This document shows, piece after piece, positions 1 through 8,650 of a stretch of 64,000 nt of DNA. This DNA is from a virus (taxonomy: Duplodnaviria; Caudoviricetes). The stretch covers positions 1 through 64,000 of the IMG/VR virus record IMGVR_UViG_3300005544_000001; one strand, written 5' to 3'. Numbering within the stretch: position 1 is the stretch's first letter; each line of letters begins with the position of its first letter. The position numbers and the translations under genes were made by a program. The notes under the pieces are model-generated. The model saw only the letters and a program-made list of their open reading frames with translations. It searched no databases and was not told where the DNA came from.

Positions 1-452
1 TGGATGCCGTGACGGGCGGCGACATTGTTGAACCAGCCAAACTCCACGTCATGAATCCTGAGCTTCAATACCGGGCGCCCGAGATCGTCCACCAGATGTC
101 CGCGTTCATCCTCCTTCACCTCGATGTGTGTCAGCTCATGGTCGAGAATGGCCTTGCGCTCTGCGTCCCCAACCTCTTTCCAATGATCGCCATCGAGAAC
201 AATCTCGGCGTCCCCGCGGCCCACGGACCTGTCCTTGAGCGAAATCTTCTTGCATTGACCCAGCGCGCGGCGCCCGCGGACAGTGATGGCGTTGTTGATC
301 GGCTCGCCGCTCTTCTCGTCGAGATCCGCATGGGCGAAGATGAAATCGATCTTGACGCCCGCCTTCAGGATCGGCGCGTGATTTTCAAACTCCTCGAGGA
401 TGGCATTGGCCATGTCTTCGACGTTTTTCGGGGCTCTTTGGTAGGTGGGCAT
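1..452 (-). CDS. Putative phage metallopeptidase (HExxH), runs off the left edge
   Basis: Translated by hand, absent from the ORF track: MPTYQRAPKNVEDMANAILEEFENH...ERKAILDHELTHIEV...LRIHDVEFGWF. The LDHELxH and HDVE motifs are typical of the phage metallopeptidase family. Confidence 0.75.
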   Translation of the reverse strand, partial: MPTYQRAPKNVEDMANAILEEFENHAPILKAGVKIDFIFAHADLDEKSGEPINNAITVRGRRALGQCKKISLKDRSVGRGDAEIVLDGDHWKEVGDAERKAILDHELTHIEVKEDERGHLVDDLGRPVLKLRIHDVEFGWFNNVAARHGI

Positions 453-481
453 AGTGGTGTTGAGGTTCGTTACGCATTGCG

Positions 482-514
482 AGCGTCAGCGTGCCCACAC
501 TATTTGTCAAGCGG
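482..514 (-). promoter_or_regulatory. Sigma70-like promoter, CCGCTTGACA family
   Basis: CCGCTTGACA at 514-505, 17 nt spacer, then GACGCT. Confidence 0.55.
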
Positions 515-721
515 TCTTTTGGCTTCGCGGTATGGCTTGAGTGCGTCACGCAATTTATTCAGGCGAGCGCACATCTCCTGGCCGTCTCTTTCGTTGTCAG
601 CACTGATGTCCACAGGCCAATCGGCTGTCGCGCCCGAGTTGTCGTGAAGGAATTCTTCAAGCTCGTCGGCAGCGACGACGATCTTGATAAGTTTGGCGAG
701 ATCGAACGAATCCAGGTTCAT
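500..721 (-). CDS. Hypothetical protein (MNLDSFDLAKLIK...)
   Basis: The ATG at 721 overlaps the stop of the upstream ORF (ATGA coupling). The track ORF starts further upstream at 793. Confidence 0.55.
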   Translation of the reverse strand: MNLDSFDLAKLIKIVVAADELEEFLHDNSGATADWPVDISADNERDGQEMCARLNKLRDALKPYREAKRPLDK

Positions 722-897
722 GCCGCCCTTCGCCGCGGGTAGCAATGCGTGCAGAGATATTTTCCAGAATACCGGCGCCCGCATCTCTGGCACTTGCCCT
801 TGCGCTTGTTGCGGATTTGAGCAAGGCGCTGGCGCGAGATTTTGATCCTGGGATTGTCAGGATGAGGATAGAGATAAACACCGTTGACGTTTGGCAT
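718..897 (-). CDS. Small basic Zn-finger protein (59 aa)
   Basis: Hand translation MPNVNGVYLYPHPDNPRIKISRQRLAQIRNKRKGKCQRCGRRYSGKYLCTHCYPRRRAA, with two CxxC pairs and an ATGA overlap with the next gene. Confidence 0.6.
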   Translation of the reverse strand: MPNVNGVYLYPHPDNPRIKISRQRLAQIRNKRKGKCQRCGRRYSGKYLCTHCYPRRRAA

Positions 898-979
898 AAT
901 GACCGCCGTCCGTCGTGAAGACCAGCGAAGTTGAGCGAGACTACCGACGCCTGTTGCATTTTGTCAAGGTGCTGAAACA

Positions 980-1011
980 CCGCTTGACATCTTTTCAGTA
1001 AACCGTATCTT
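980..1011 (+). promoter_or_regulatory. Sigma70-like promoter, back-to-back with a minus-strand TTGACA at 967-962
   Basis: CCGCTTGACA at 980-989, 16 nt spacer, then TATCTT. Confidence 0.6.
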
Positions 1012-1040
1012 GCGCACGTCAATCGTGTACCATTCGTGTA

Positions 1041-1077
1041 GGGCGCGGGGTTGTCGTGACCTCGCGCCCGTTTTCTT
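1041..1077 (+). terminator. Intrinsic terminator-like hairpin
   Basis: 11 bp stem GGGCGCGGGGT/ACCTCGCGCCC (one G-U), 7 nt loop, followed by GTTTTCTT. Confidence 0.5.
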
Positions 1078-2109
1078 GTGTCCGGGCCGAATTGCTACGT
1101 CTTCCATGGTCCCAACTGGAGCCTTCCAGCGTGGGTGTATCTGGGCGAGTTAATGTCCGTTCGTCCACACGGCTCCCTGACGCGGCTCATGCGCCAAGCC
1201 CTGGACAAACGCTTGTCGGAACTCGGCACCAGCAACGGCCAGGATTGGTTCATCACCAAGACCGCGCTCAAAGACAACGCAGACAGATTGGAAGAAGGAC
1301 TCCTTCCCGAAGACGCGATTTCCTGGGTAAGCAATGTCGGCCGCGTCACGCTGACCGAACAGCCAAAGGACATGGAAGGGCTGTACGAGGAACTGGTCCG
1401 GGCAGGCTTTGCGAAAACAGTCCCCAAGGCGCAACTGCTCTACGGGATACTGTGCCAGCAGTTCCTTCACCGCATCGTCGTCGAGAACAAACCCGTGGAT
1501 CTCGGGTTCGCAAAGATTCAGGCCACCCCATTGCGCTCGGATTTCATGAGGCTCTTTTCCGCGCATACAATGCGCCGCATCCTGTACGCATCTTCCAAGG
1601 AAAAGATCGTACGCCAGGCGCTCCGCGATGGACGTCTCATGTTCCTTAACAAGACCAGGAAAATCGTTCTCTGGAACATTGCCGTGCGCCACAGTCACGC
1701 GTGGTGGCAGGGTATCCGAAAATCTGAACTGGCCTTGTTGAAACAGCAGGGCAGAGTCCATTACCTGCTCAACGTGAAGGATCGGTTGCGTGCCGCGGAA
1801 CCCATTCTCTATGAGATTTTCACGGATTACATTGCGCAAGCGCATCGGCCGGCTCTTAAAATTCCTGCGCGCACTGGCAAACGCGATCACAAGAAACGCT
1901 TCGTCAAACCGTCCCTCAGAACGGTTAAAAGACTTTTTCGCCTCCGCAAGAAACCTCGCCCTGTGGCTGTTCTTGGGGAAACGAGCGCCCCGCCACCTGT
2001 GGAGCAGCCGAATGCGATCGTGCATGAGGTGCCAAGTGTACAATCGCCGCTTGCAGACGTGTGGCACTCCGGGGGACACGTGGACAAACCCGCTGACAAA
2101 GAACACTGA
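1078..2109 (+). CDS. Hypothetical protein (start may be ATG 1153)
   Basis: 343 aa open frame with protein-like composition and a basic, disordered C-terminus. No family recognised. Confidence 0.6.
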   Translation: MSGPNCYVFHGPNWSLPAWVYLGELMSVRPHGSLTRLMRQALDKRLSELGTSNGQDWFITKTALKDNADRLEEGLLPEDAISWVSNVGRVTLTEQPKDMEGLYEELVRAGFAKTVPKAQLLYGILCQQFLHRIVVENKPVDLGFAKIQATPLRSDFMRLFSAHTMRRILYASSKEKIVRQALRDGRLMFLNKTRKIVLWNIAVRHSHAWWQGIRKSELALLKQQGRVHYLLNVKDRLRAAEPILYEIFTDYIAQAHRPALKIPARTGKRDHKKRFVKPSLRTVKRLFRLRKKPRPVAVLGETSAPPPVEQPNAIVHEVPSVQSPLADVWHSGGHVDKPADKEH

Positions 2110-2240
2110 GCAGCTCGGCTGTTTGTGCTGGGCGCCGGCGAAAAGTTCGCTGAAGGATTCTGACTGCTGGCTGTTCCAGAAAACGGGCGGTCAGGTGGAA
2201 GGGAGCGGATGGAAGCCGGGCACGAACGGTTCGGAGTTTG

Positions 2241-2272
2241 CCGCTTGACAATTTGGCTGCGCAATCCAGTCT
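2241..2272 (+). promoter_or_regulatory. Sigma70-like promoter, probably leaderless into the MTase
   Basis: CCGCTTGACA at 2241-2250, 16 nt spacer, CAGTCT, then GTG start 6 nt later. Confidence 0.6.
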
Positions 2273-2278
2273 CGGCGC

Positions 2279-3292
2279 GTGAGCGACCGACTGCAAATCC
2301 TGACGGGCGACTGTCGCAAAGTTCTGAAAACTCTTCCAGACTCGAGCGTCCAGATGTGCGTGACCAGCCCCCCGTACTGGGGCCAACGTGATTACGATCA
2401 CCCGGATCAAATCGGGCTCGAGCGCACGGTCGGGGATTGGGTGAAAGAGATGGTGAAAGTTTTTCGCGAGGTTCGCCGGGTTCTTCGAGATGATGGAACG
2501 CTGTGGCTCAATCTGGGCGACAGTTACACGGCCAGCGGTTGTGGCTGCGACACGGGCCGAAGCGGGCTGCAGGGGAGCACTGAATCCCAGGATCAAAGTA
2601 AGCTGGCAAAAAGTGGGAATCGGATCGGCAATCGATCCAGCTTCAGGCGCGACCGCCAGGCGTTTCGATCAGTGCCGCACAAGGCCGCCGCAAAACTACC
2701 GAGCAAAAATCTGATCGGGCTGCCGTGGATCGTTGCCTTCGCGCTCCAGGCAGATGGATGGATCCTTCGTTCGGACATTATCTGGCACAAACCAAACCCT
2801 ATGCCCGAGAGCGTCACGGACCGACCTACCAAGTCGCATGAATACATTTTCCTGTTCAGCAAGAGGAAGAGTTACTTTTACGACATGGAGGCGATCAAGG
2901 AGCCCGTGAACGGCAACGCGCACTCCCGCGGTAACGGCGTCAATCCGAAGGCCACAAAGGACGCCAAAGGCTCAAAACAGAATGCCAGCTTCTCGGGCGC
3001 CGTGACTGAGTTGGTCGCCAATCGGAATAAACGGACAGTTTGGACGGTGCCCACATTCGCATTCCCTGGAAACCATTATGCGACTTTCCCGCCTGCGCTG
3101 ATCAAGCCGTGCATCCTGGCCGGTTGCCCCACTGGCGGAGTGGTTCTCGATCCATTCGGTGGATCCGGTACGGCCGGCATGGTTGCGCTGGAACTTGGTC
3201 GAAGAGCGATTCTCGTGGAATTAAATCCTGAATATGCCCGAGAGGCCGATCAGCGTTGCCATGTCACGCCCGGGCTCCCGCTTGGCGTGTAA
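2279..3292 (+). CDS. Site-specific DNA methyltransferase (N4-C/N6-A, beta class)
   Basis: Catalytic TSPPYW near the N-terminus, DIIWHKPNPMPES, H.A.FP, and SAM-binding DPFGGSGT at the C-terminus. Confidence 0.92.
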   Translation: MSDRLQILTGDCRKVLKTLPDSSVQMCVTSPPYWGQRDYDHPDQIGLERTVGDWVKEMVKVFREVRRVLRDDGTLWLNLGDSYTASGCGCDTGRSGLQGSTESQDQSKLAKSGNRIGNRSSFRRDRQAFRSVPHKAAAKLPSKNLIGLPWIVAFALQADGWILRSDIIWHKPNPMPESVTDRPTKSHEYIFLFSKRKSYFYDMEAIKEPVNGNAHSRGNGVNPKATKDAKGSKQNASFSGAVTELVANRNKRTVWTVPTFAFPGNHYATFPPALIKPCILAGCPTGGVVLDPFGGSGTAGMVALELGRRAILVELNPEYAREADQRCHVTPGLPLGV

Positions 3293-3313
3293 TCGCTTGC
3301 CCTGACCGACTTT

Positions 3314-3787
3314 TTGGCGCATAGAAGTTTCGTGTCCACGGTCAAAGACAAGCCAATCGTTCTAAAGGTCGAGGTGCCTGGCAGCGGAAAGCCACTCAAC
3401 GGCGCCGAAGGAGACGAAGCCGCCGCAGAACTCGGGCTGGCCCGCGTTTCAAACAAGCTCGTCAAAACCATGGCCCGGCTGGGCGTTGACATTGAACTGG
3501 CCGGCATCGTTCACACCGACCGCGGGTTCGCCTTCGCCACGAAGGAAGGGCTGTGGGAATGCGCCGATGCGCTCAAAGGGAAAATCAACAAGACCGCCAA
3601 GCTGGAGGATCTTTGCGAAATCGCGACGGCCCTCGGGAAGATCGCCAAAGGGATCTCCGTCCTGTCAGGTAAAAACATCGGCGGCGAGGACGCCCCGAAA
3701 CCACCTGACAAACCGCGGCAATCCTTCATCCCAGGCCAGACGGTCGAATTTCACCAGCATACGCACGTCCACAACGAAAAACCATGA
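3314..3787 (+). CDS. Hypothetical protein, possible terminase small subunit
   Basis: 157 aa helical ORF near terL. The small-subunit role is a positional guess only. Confidence 0.5.
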   Translation: MAHRSFVSTVKDKPIVLKVEVPGSGKPLNGAEGDEAAAELGLARVSNKLVKTMARLGVDIELAGIVHTDRGFAFATKEGLWECADALKGKINKTAKLEDLCEIATALGKIAKGISVLSGKNIGGEDAPKPPDKPRQSFIPGQTVEFHQHTHVHNEKP

Positions 3788-4107
3788 GGTTGCTGGAGAA
3801 AATCAATCGCTTCCCCCCGCGCATCGTTCGGTTGATCGCCGCCGATCTCACGACGCGACAGATCGCGCTGCGTTCCGGCATCCCGCGTTCGACCGTCCAC
3901 CAAGTGTTTTTGAAGGATGACTGGAACCAGGTCACGAATGAAGTCACTGACCGAATTACCATGGCCTGTGGCGTCAACTTACTCACGCACAAGCGGCACA
4001 GGCAGAATCTAAAGAATAGGTTGCGGTCGATTGGTAAACTCGCCAAGAGGATCAAGCCGACCCAACGGAAGATGTTGAACCGGCTGCTATCGGTCAAAGC
4101 CGCATAG
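3784..4107 (+). CDS. Helix-turn-helix DNA-binding protein
   Basis: LTTRQIALRSGIPRSTVHQVF is HTH-like. ATGA coupling to the upstream gene. Confidence 0.6.
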   Translation: MRLLEKINRFPPRIVRLIAADLTTRQIALRSGIPRSTVHQVFLKDDWNQVTNEVTDRITMACGVNLLTHKRHRQNLKNRLRSIGKLAKRIKPTQRKMLNRLLSVKAA

Positions 4108-5695
4108 ACACGAGCCTCGGCTTCCCGTCCCCGACCGTGGGTTTGAACGCGGTCTCCGCAAGCTCCTGAGCGCCCTCCATTAGTAAAACATAGGTCGCCG
4201 CGTCAAGAATGTGGCGATGGATGCCGGTCACTTTCCCGTCCTTGTCGGTGGCGGCGTTCTCGATGGCGGCGATCAATCGCGGACACTGGCTGCTGATGAA
4301 ACAGCGTTTTTCTTTGATGAGCCGGCGCAGCAATCGTTGCCGCGTTAAAACGCTCCCATTCGGTTTGTGAACGCCTTGAAAATTTATCGCTCCGTGAGTG
4401 CTGGCCAAAATCTCAAGATTGTCGAAACCGATCCCGGTCGGACGGTACACCGTCAAAGCTGAATCGTCCGCATAATGCGTCCAACCGAACTTGCGTGCGT
4501 ACAGCTTTTCAAGATCAGTCATCAGTCTCAGCATTTCCACTCCCAGATCAGAGATTTTGATCCGTTCCCCGATTGACTCGATTTCCCTCAAGAACATCCA
4601 GACAGGCCACTCGACATCATTCAGGCTTACGATGCGCTTCTCTACAATCGTGAACCCGTGATTAACGCTCCCTCCGATGTCGGCTCCGGTGTAAAGGTCC
4701 GAAGTCGTTGGCGATAACTCGATCTTCTCACCCTTTTCAGGGTCCTCCTCGATGACGTGAATGTCGCGACTGAACACGTCGGCGAAGATTCGGTTGGCGC
4801 CGCCGCTGCCGGCCACCCATTTGCCCTCGACGTCTCGCGCGTACTCGCCCGGGTCGCCTGAGTGCAGGGCCTTGCGATCCTCGATTTGATCCGTAGTCAG
4901 CCCCTCGTTGTCCTCGAGGAAAAATTCCATGAGACGAAGCGATTTCTCGAATTTTTCCCGGCAACGTTTGATCTCCTCGCCCTGCGCCCTGTTGTTGTCG
5001 GCGCCGGTCAGCGTCACGGCGGACCAGTCGCGTTTGTACCAGAACTTGTATATCCACGATTCCTCGCCCTCAACGGCCGGGTTGGTGTCCGCCAGCCACA
5101 GATGCTGCCACGGTTTCAAATGGGGCATTCGAAGCTGCTCCCACGAGACAGTGAAGATCCGCGGGTCCTTGAAGTTGCCCAGCTCGATCAGCCGGATCCC
5201 GCTCCAAAATGAATCCTTGAGCTTGGTCTCGATCTCGCAGTCATGTTCAACGGACAGAATGCGTATCTCGCTTTCCCCGCCCCACGCGTTGCTAAACCGA
5301 CAAAACGGCGTGCGCGTCCGACCGTCAGTCTTGAACCCCGGGATCCCGTCGCCGTCGCGCGTCGTGTATTCGAACCCGATGCCGGCATCGATCCACCGCG
5401 GCAGCACGTATTCCGTGAGCCGTTGTTGCGTCCCTGAGTCCGTGGTGTTGCGCAGTGTCTTGTTGATGATGGCAAACCGGCCATTTGGTGTCTCCCAGAG
5501 GTGGCGGATCATCCTGTCGTCGCACCCGAAGCTCTTGGCGCTGTAACGCGGGCCGCTCACCAGAACCGCCGTTGGCGAGTTCGGATGATTTTTGCCGGCA
5601 TCCTGCTCCGTCCCGATGTTGAACAGGATTCGCTGCTTTGTGTAGAGCCAGTCCGGGCTCCATGGCTGTGACATGCCGGAAATCTGCCTTGCCAT
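4094..5695 (-). CDS. terL: Terminase large subunit (start probably 5695 or 5674)
   Basis: Deviant Walker A GPRYSAKS, Walker B-like IRLIELG, coupling motif ADTNP, nuclease GADIG and C-terminal HILDAATY. Confidence 0.85.
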   Translation of the reverse strand: MARQISGMSQPWSPDWLYTKQRILFNIGTEQDAGKNHPNSPTAVLVSGPRYSAKSFGCDDRMIRHLWETPNGRFAIINKTLRNTTDSGTQQRLTEYVLPRWIDAGIGFEYTTRDGDGIPGFKTDGRTRTPFCRFSNAWGGESEIRILSVEHDCEIETKLKDSFWSGIRLIELGNFKDPRIFTVSWEQLRMPHLKPWQHLWLADTNPAVEGEESWIYKFWYKRDWSAVTLTGADNNRAQGEEIKRCREKFEKSLRLMEFFLEDNEGLTTDQIEDRKALHSGDPGEYARDVEGKWVAGSGGANRIFADVFSRDIHVIEEDPEKGEKIELSPTTSDLYTGADIGGSVNHGFTIVEKRIVSLNDVEWPVWMFLREIESIGERIKISDLGVEMLRLMTDLEKLYARKFGWTHYADDSALTVYRPTGIGFDNLEILASTHGAINFQGVHKPNGSVLTRQRLLRRLIKEKRCFISSQCPRLIAAIENAATDKDGKVTGIHRHILDAATYVLLMEGAQELAETAFKPTVGDGKPRLVSMRL

Positions 5696-5716
5696 CGGTG
5701 CCGTGGCGAGCCTACG

Positions 5717-6004
5717 TTGGCGACCATGAACGCACTCGTGATTTCCCAAGAGACTCTGGACGACCAACTGCCCCAATGCAAAGACGGTGAGACGGGCGAT
5801 TTCACGATAAAAGGCGGCACGCTCACAATGGTCCCGGGCGTCGGCGCCGTCGTGTCTGGCGATAACATCACCAAATCCGGCTACGAGAACGAGGGCGGCG
5901 CCGAGACCGAGGCCGAAGGAGGCATCGAGGAACCCAAGATGTCGCCGGCGGCGATGGCGGTCGTGGGGCGCAAAGGCGCAGTCGTGGCACGCAGGGGCTA
6001 CTGA
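5717..6004 (+). CDS. Small acidic hypothetical protein upstream of the portal
   Basis: 95 aa ORF at the head of the rightward structural operon. Confidence 0.55.
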   Translation: MATMNALVISQETLDDQLPQCKDGETGDFTIKGGTLTMVPGVGAVVSGDNITKSGYENEGGAETEAEGGIEEPKMSPAAMAVVGRKGAVVARRGY

Positions 6005-6012
6005 ACGATTCC

Positions 6013-8412
6013 ATGATCGATGTCCGGATCCTAAAGAAACACGGCTGTTCCGCGGAGGCGTGGAGAAAAATCTTCGAAGGGCGTATTCGCGAGCGCCCGC
6101 AGCGAAAGAACGGCATCGTCGAGAAAACTGCCGCGCAAAAGGACAAGATTGACGCCCTGATGGAGCGCATCTGGGATCGAATTGTTTGCGGCCGGGACTG
6201 GAATTTCGCCAACTTCACCACGATCCACGCGATGGACCTGATCTGGGACGCCCCGTTCCGGCAGGTGAGTCCGACGCTGATTTCGTCCGTGTGCGCCAAG
6301 CACGGGAAGAACACTGAGGAGGTAAAGAGCGCCCTCAAGGGGCTGGGGCTGGATCTAGACTCGGTGCTCGTGCCGACAGACAAGCGCGACCCGAAGACGG
6401 GCGAATTGATTCAGGCCGTCAACGTCCCGAGCTTCTTTTCCGTCATGGTCCCGCTGGCGCGCGCCATGGCGACGTCCCGCCGGGCGCGGATGATCAACGA
6501 CCGCAACCGCGATCCGTTCTTCGAATTCAAGGCGGCCACGCAGAGCAAGCTGAACCGCGTGCGCTGTGAGGTGCTCACCAGCCGCATCCAGGAGACATCC
6601 AAGGCGTACGACTACCTCGGCATCGTCAACCAGGCCGTGCTCCAGATGTTCCTTTACCCGACGGGCTGCCTGTTGTTCACGAAGGAGGAATATGATTCCT
6701 GCGAGCAAATGCGGCTCGACAAGGACGGCAAGGAGGATAAATACATCGTGCGCGAGGGCCTCCGCTATCACACGCCGCATCCAGCCCGGACGTATTGCGA
6801 CATGGCGCACCCGATGCGCACGTTCAACACGGACACGGGCTGCGAGTTTGCCGGCCACTGGCAGGTCCTTCGCTATGGCGATATTTACGACAACGACGGG
6901 TTTTACAACAAGGACAAGATCAACATCGGCGGGCTGGGCTGGTTCAATTCATTCCCGTCCTTCTGGCAAACCGTTTACACCGGTTGCACCCTCAAGATTC
7001 CGAGCGTCGATTTCACGGGGAAACCCGAGGACCGGGAGGAGTTCATCTCGAATTCGTTTTACAGCGGCGACATGCGCGATCATTCCGTGATGCTGTGCGA
7101 GCATCGCGAGAAACTGATCCCGAAGGATTGGGGACTGGGCGATTACCCATACCCAATCTGGTGCCGGTTCGTCGTGGCCGGGGACGGCACGATCGTTTAC
7201 GCGGCGCCCATGGGTTACACGCCCGTCTGCGTGTTCAAGGACAACGGCGACGACAAGCGCGTGGCTGATGCCTCGCTGGTGCTGCAGCTCGCTCCCTATC
7301 AGGACCAGCTCTCCAACCTGTTCACCCAGTTCCTGCTGGCTGTGAAACAGAATCTGGCGAATTTCACGATGGTGGACGGGGCCATCGTCGACGACGCGAC
7401 GATCAAGAAGCTCACCAACGACGGGGAAACCTATTTCCGCGGGCTGAACATTTTCCGTTACGACAGCAAGACCTTGTTCCGATTGCAGGCCGACGCGCGG
7501 CAGGCCGTGATCTCACATCGTTTCGCGCCGATGGATATAAATGGCATTGTTTTGGCAATGAAATTGACCATCGACATGGCCGAGCGCGTGTTGCAGTTCA
7601 GCGCCCAGGAAGTCGCCCAGGCGGCGAGCCACGAGCAGACCAAGGCCGAAATCGATCACGTTGCCGCCTCGACAACGAACATCGTTGAATACACCGGGAT
7701 CCCGCTCGACGCCGGCATGAACGCGATGGCGCACCAGAATTACGAGGCGCTGATGAACTACGGGCAGGATGAGTTCTACGCGCAGATCCCCAGCGACCAC
7801 GAACTCACCGAGGAGCAGCTCACGGCTTTGGGCATCACGCAGGACGAGGACGACAAGGAAGAGACGCGCGACAAAAAGGTCCGCGTAAAGATCAAAAAGA
7901 AATCGGCGATGCAATTGGACAGCTTCGCCACCGTGCCGCCGACCAACAAGCGGCAGACCAACTGGGAAGCAGCCCAGGCGATTTCACAGTTTTACGCCAC
8001 AATCCTCAACAATCCCGTGGTACAGATGGCGCTCGGGCCAAAGCAAATGGTCGAGATCGCCAATCAAATTGCCAAACTGGCCGGGTTGCACCTCGACGCC
8101 GACCTGCGCGATATGACCGCCGAGAACCAGAAGAAACAGGCAAGCGACCTGCTCAAACAGGCCGTTGATGCCGTTTTGGGCATTGTCCGAACCGAAACCA
8201 AGCAGGGTTTGGAGGTGATCATGTCCGAGATAAAAGACGTGACAATGAAGGTCGACGCGCTTACCAAGGCGTTCGCACAGCATGTTGCTTCAACTTCAAA
8301 CCCGCTCGCTGGACCCGACGGAGGCGGCATCCCTCCAGTCATGGCTCCAGTCGCCCCAGTCGCTCCTGTTCCGGCAGTTGCTCCAAACCCAATGCTTGCT
8401 GGCGCAGTTTGA
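6013..8412 (+). CDS. Portal (head-tail connector) protein, putative
   Basis: 799 aa helical protein with phage codon bias, located between terminase and scaffold/capsid, with a Pro/Ala-rich tail. Confidence 0.7.
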   Translation: MIDVRILKKHGCSAEAWRKIFEGRIRERPQRKNGIVEKTAAQKDKIDALMERIWDRIVCGRDWNFANFTTIHAMDLIWDAPFRQVSPTLISSVCAKHGKNTEEVKSALKGLGLDLDSVLVPTDKRDPKTGELIQAVNVPSFFSVMVPLARAMATSRRARMINDRNRDPFFEFKAATQSKLNRVRCEVLTSRIQETSKAYDYLGIVNQAVLQMFLYPTGCLLFTKEEYDSCEQMRLDKDGKEDKYIVREGLRYHTPHPARTYCDMAHPMRTFNTDTGCEFAGHWQVLRYGDIYDNDGFYNKDKINIGGLGWFNSFPSFWQTVYTGCTLKIPSVDFTGKPEDREEFISNSFYSGDMRDHSVMLCEHREKLIPKDWGLGDYPYPIWCRFVVAGDGTIVYAAPMGYTPVCVFKDNGDDKRVADASLVLQLAPYQDQLSNLFTQFLLAVKQNLANFTMVDGAIVDDATIKKLTNDGETYFRGLNIFRYDSKTLFRLQADARQAVISHRFAPMDINGIVLAMKLTIDMAERVLQFSAQEVAQAASHEQTKAEIDHVAASTTNIVEYTGIPLDAGMNAMAHQNYEALMNYGQDEFYAQIPSDHELTEEQLTALGITQDEDDKEETRDKKVRVKIKKKSAMQLDSFATVPPTNKRQTNWEAAQAISQFYATILNNPVVQMALGPKQMVEIANQIAKLAGLHLDADLRDMTAENQKKQASDLLKQAVDAVLGIVRTETKQGLEVIMSEIKDVTMKVDALTKAFAQHVASTSNPLAGPDGGGIPPVMAPVAPVAPVPAVAPNPMLAGAV

Positions 8413-8596
8413 GGCAGGCCAGGAGGCCACGAAGTGCGCCAACCTGTCGGCCGAGGTCATGGCCGCGGCGCTCAAGGAACACGTCGAGGCGGCGGATCGA
8501 TTTGAGCGGATGCTCGACTACATGGATTCGCTGAAGTCCGGAAAGGTCGAGCCGAAGCTTTTGGTCAACGCAACCCCTGAATCCCTACCGACATGA
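8282..8596 (+). CDS. Small hypothetical protein overlapping the portal 3' end
   Basis: 104 aa amphipathic helical sequence in the usual slot between portal and scaffold. Overlaps the portal by 131 nt. Confidence 0.55.
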   Translation: MLLQLQTRSLDPTEAASLQSWLQSPQSLLFRQLLQTQCLLAQFEAGQEATKCANLSAEVMAAALKEHVEAADRFERMLDYMDSLKSGKVEPKLLVNATPESLPT

Positions 8597-8650
8597 TCCG
8601 AGACTAACCAACAAGCTCCCATTCCTTCCACTCAACGCACCTGAATAATC

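Noticed and set aside
9-647. 212 aa plus-strand ORF at the window start
   Set aside because: It is the antisense shadow of the minus-strand metallopeptidase gene, which has real motifs.
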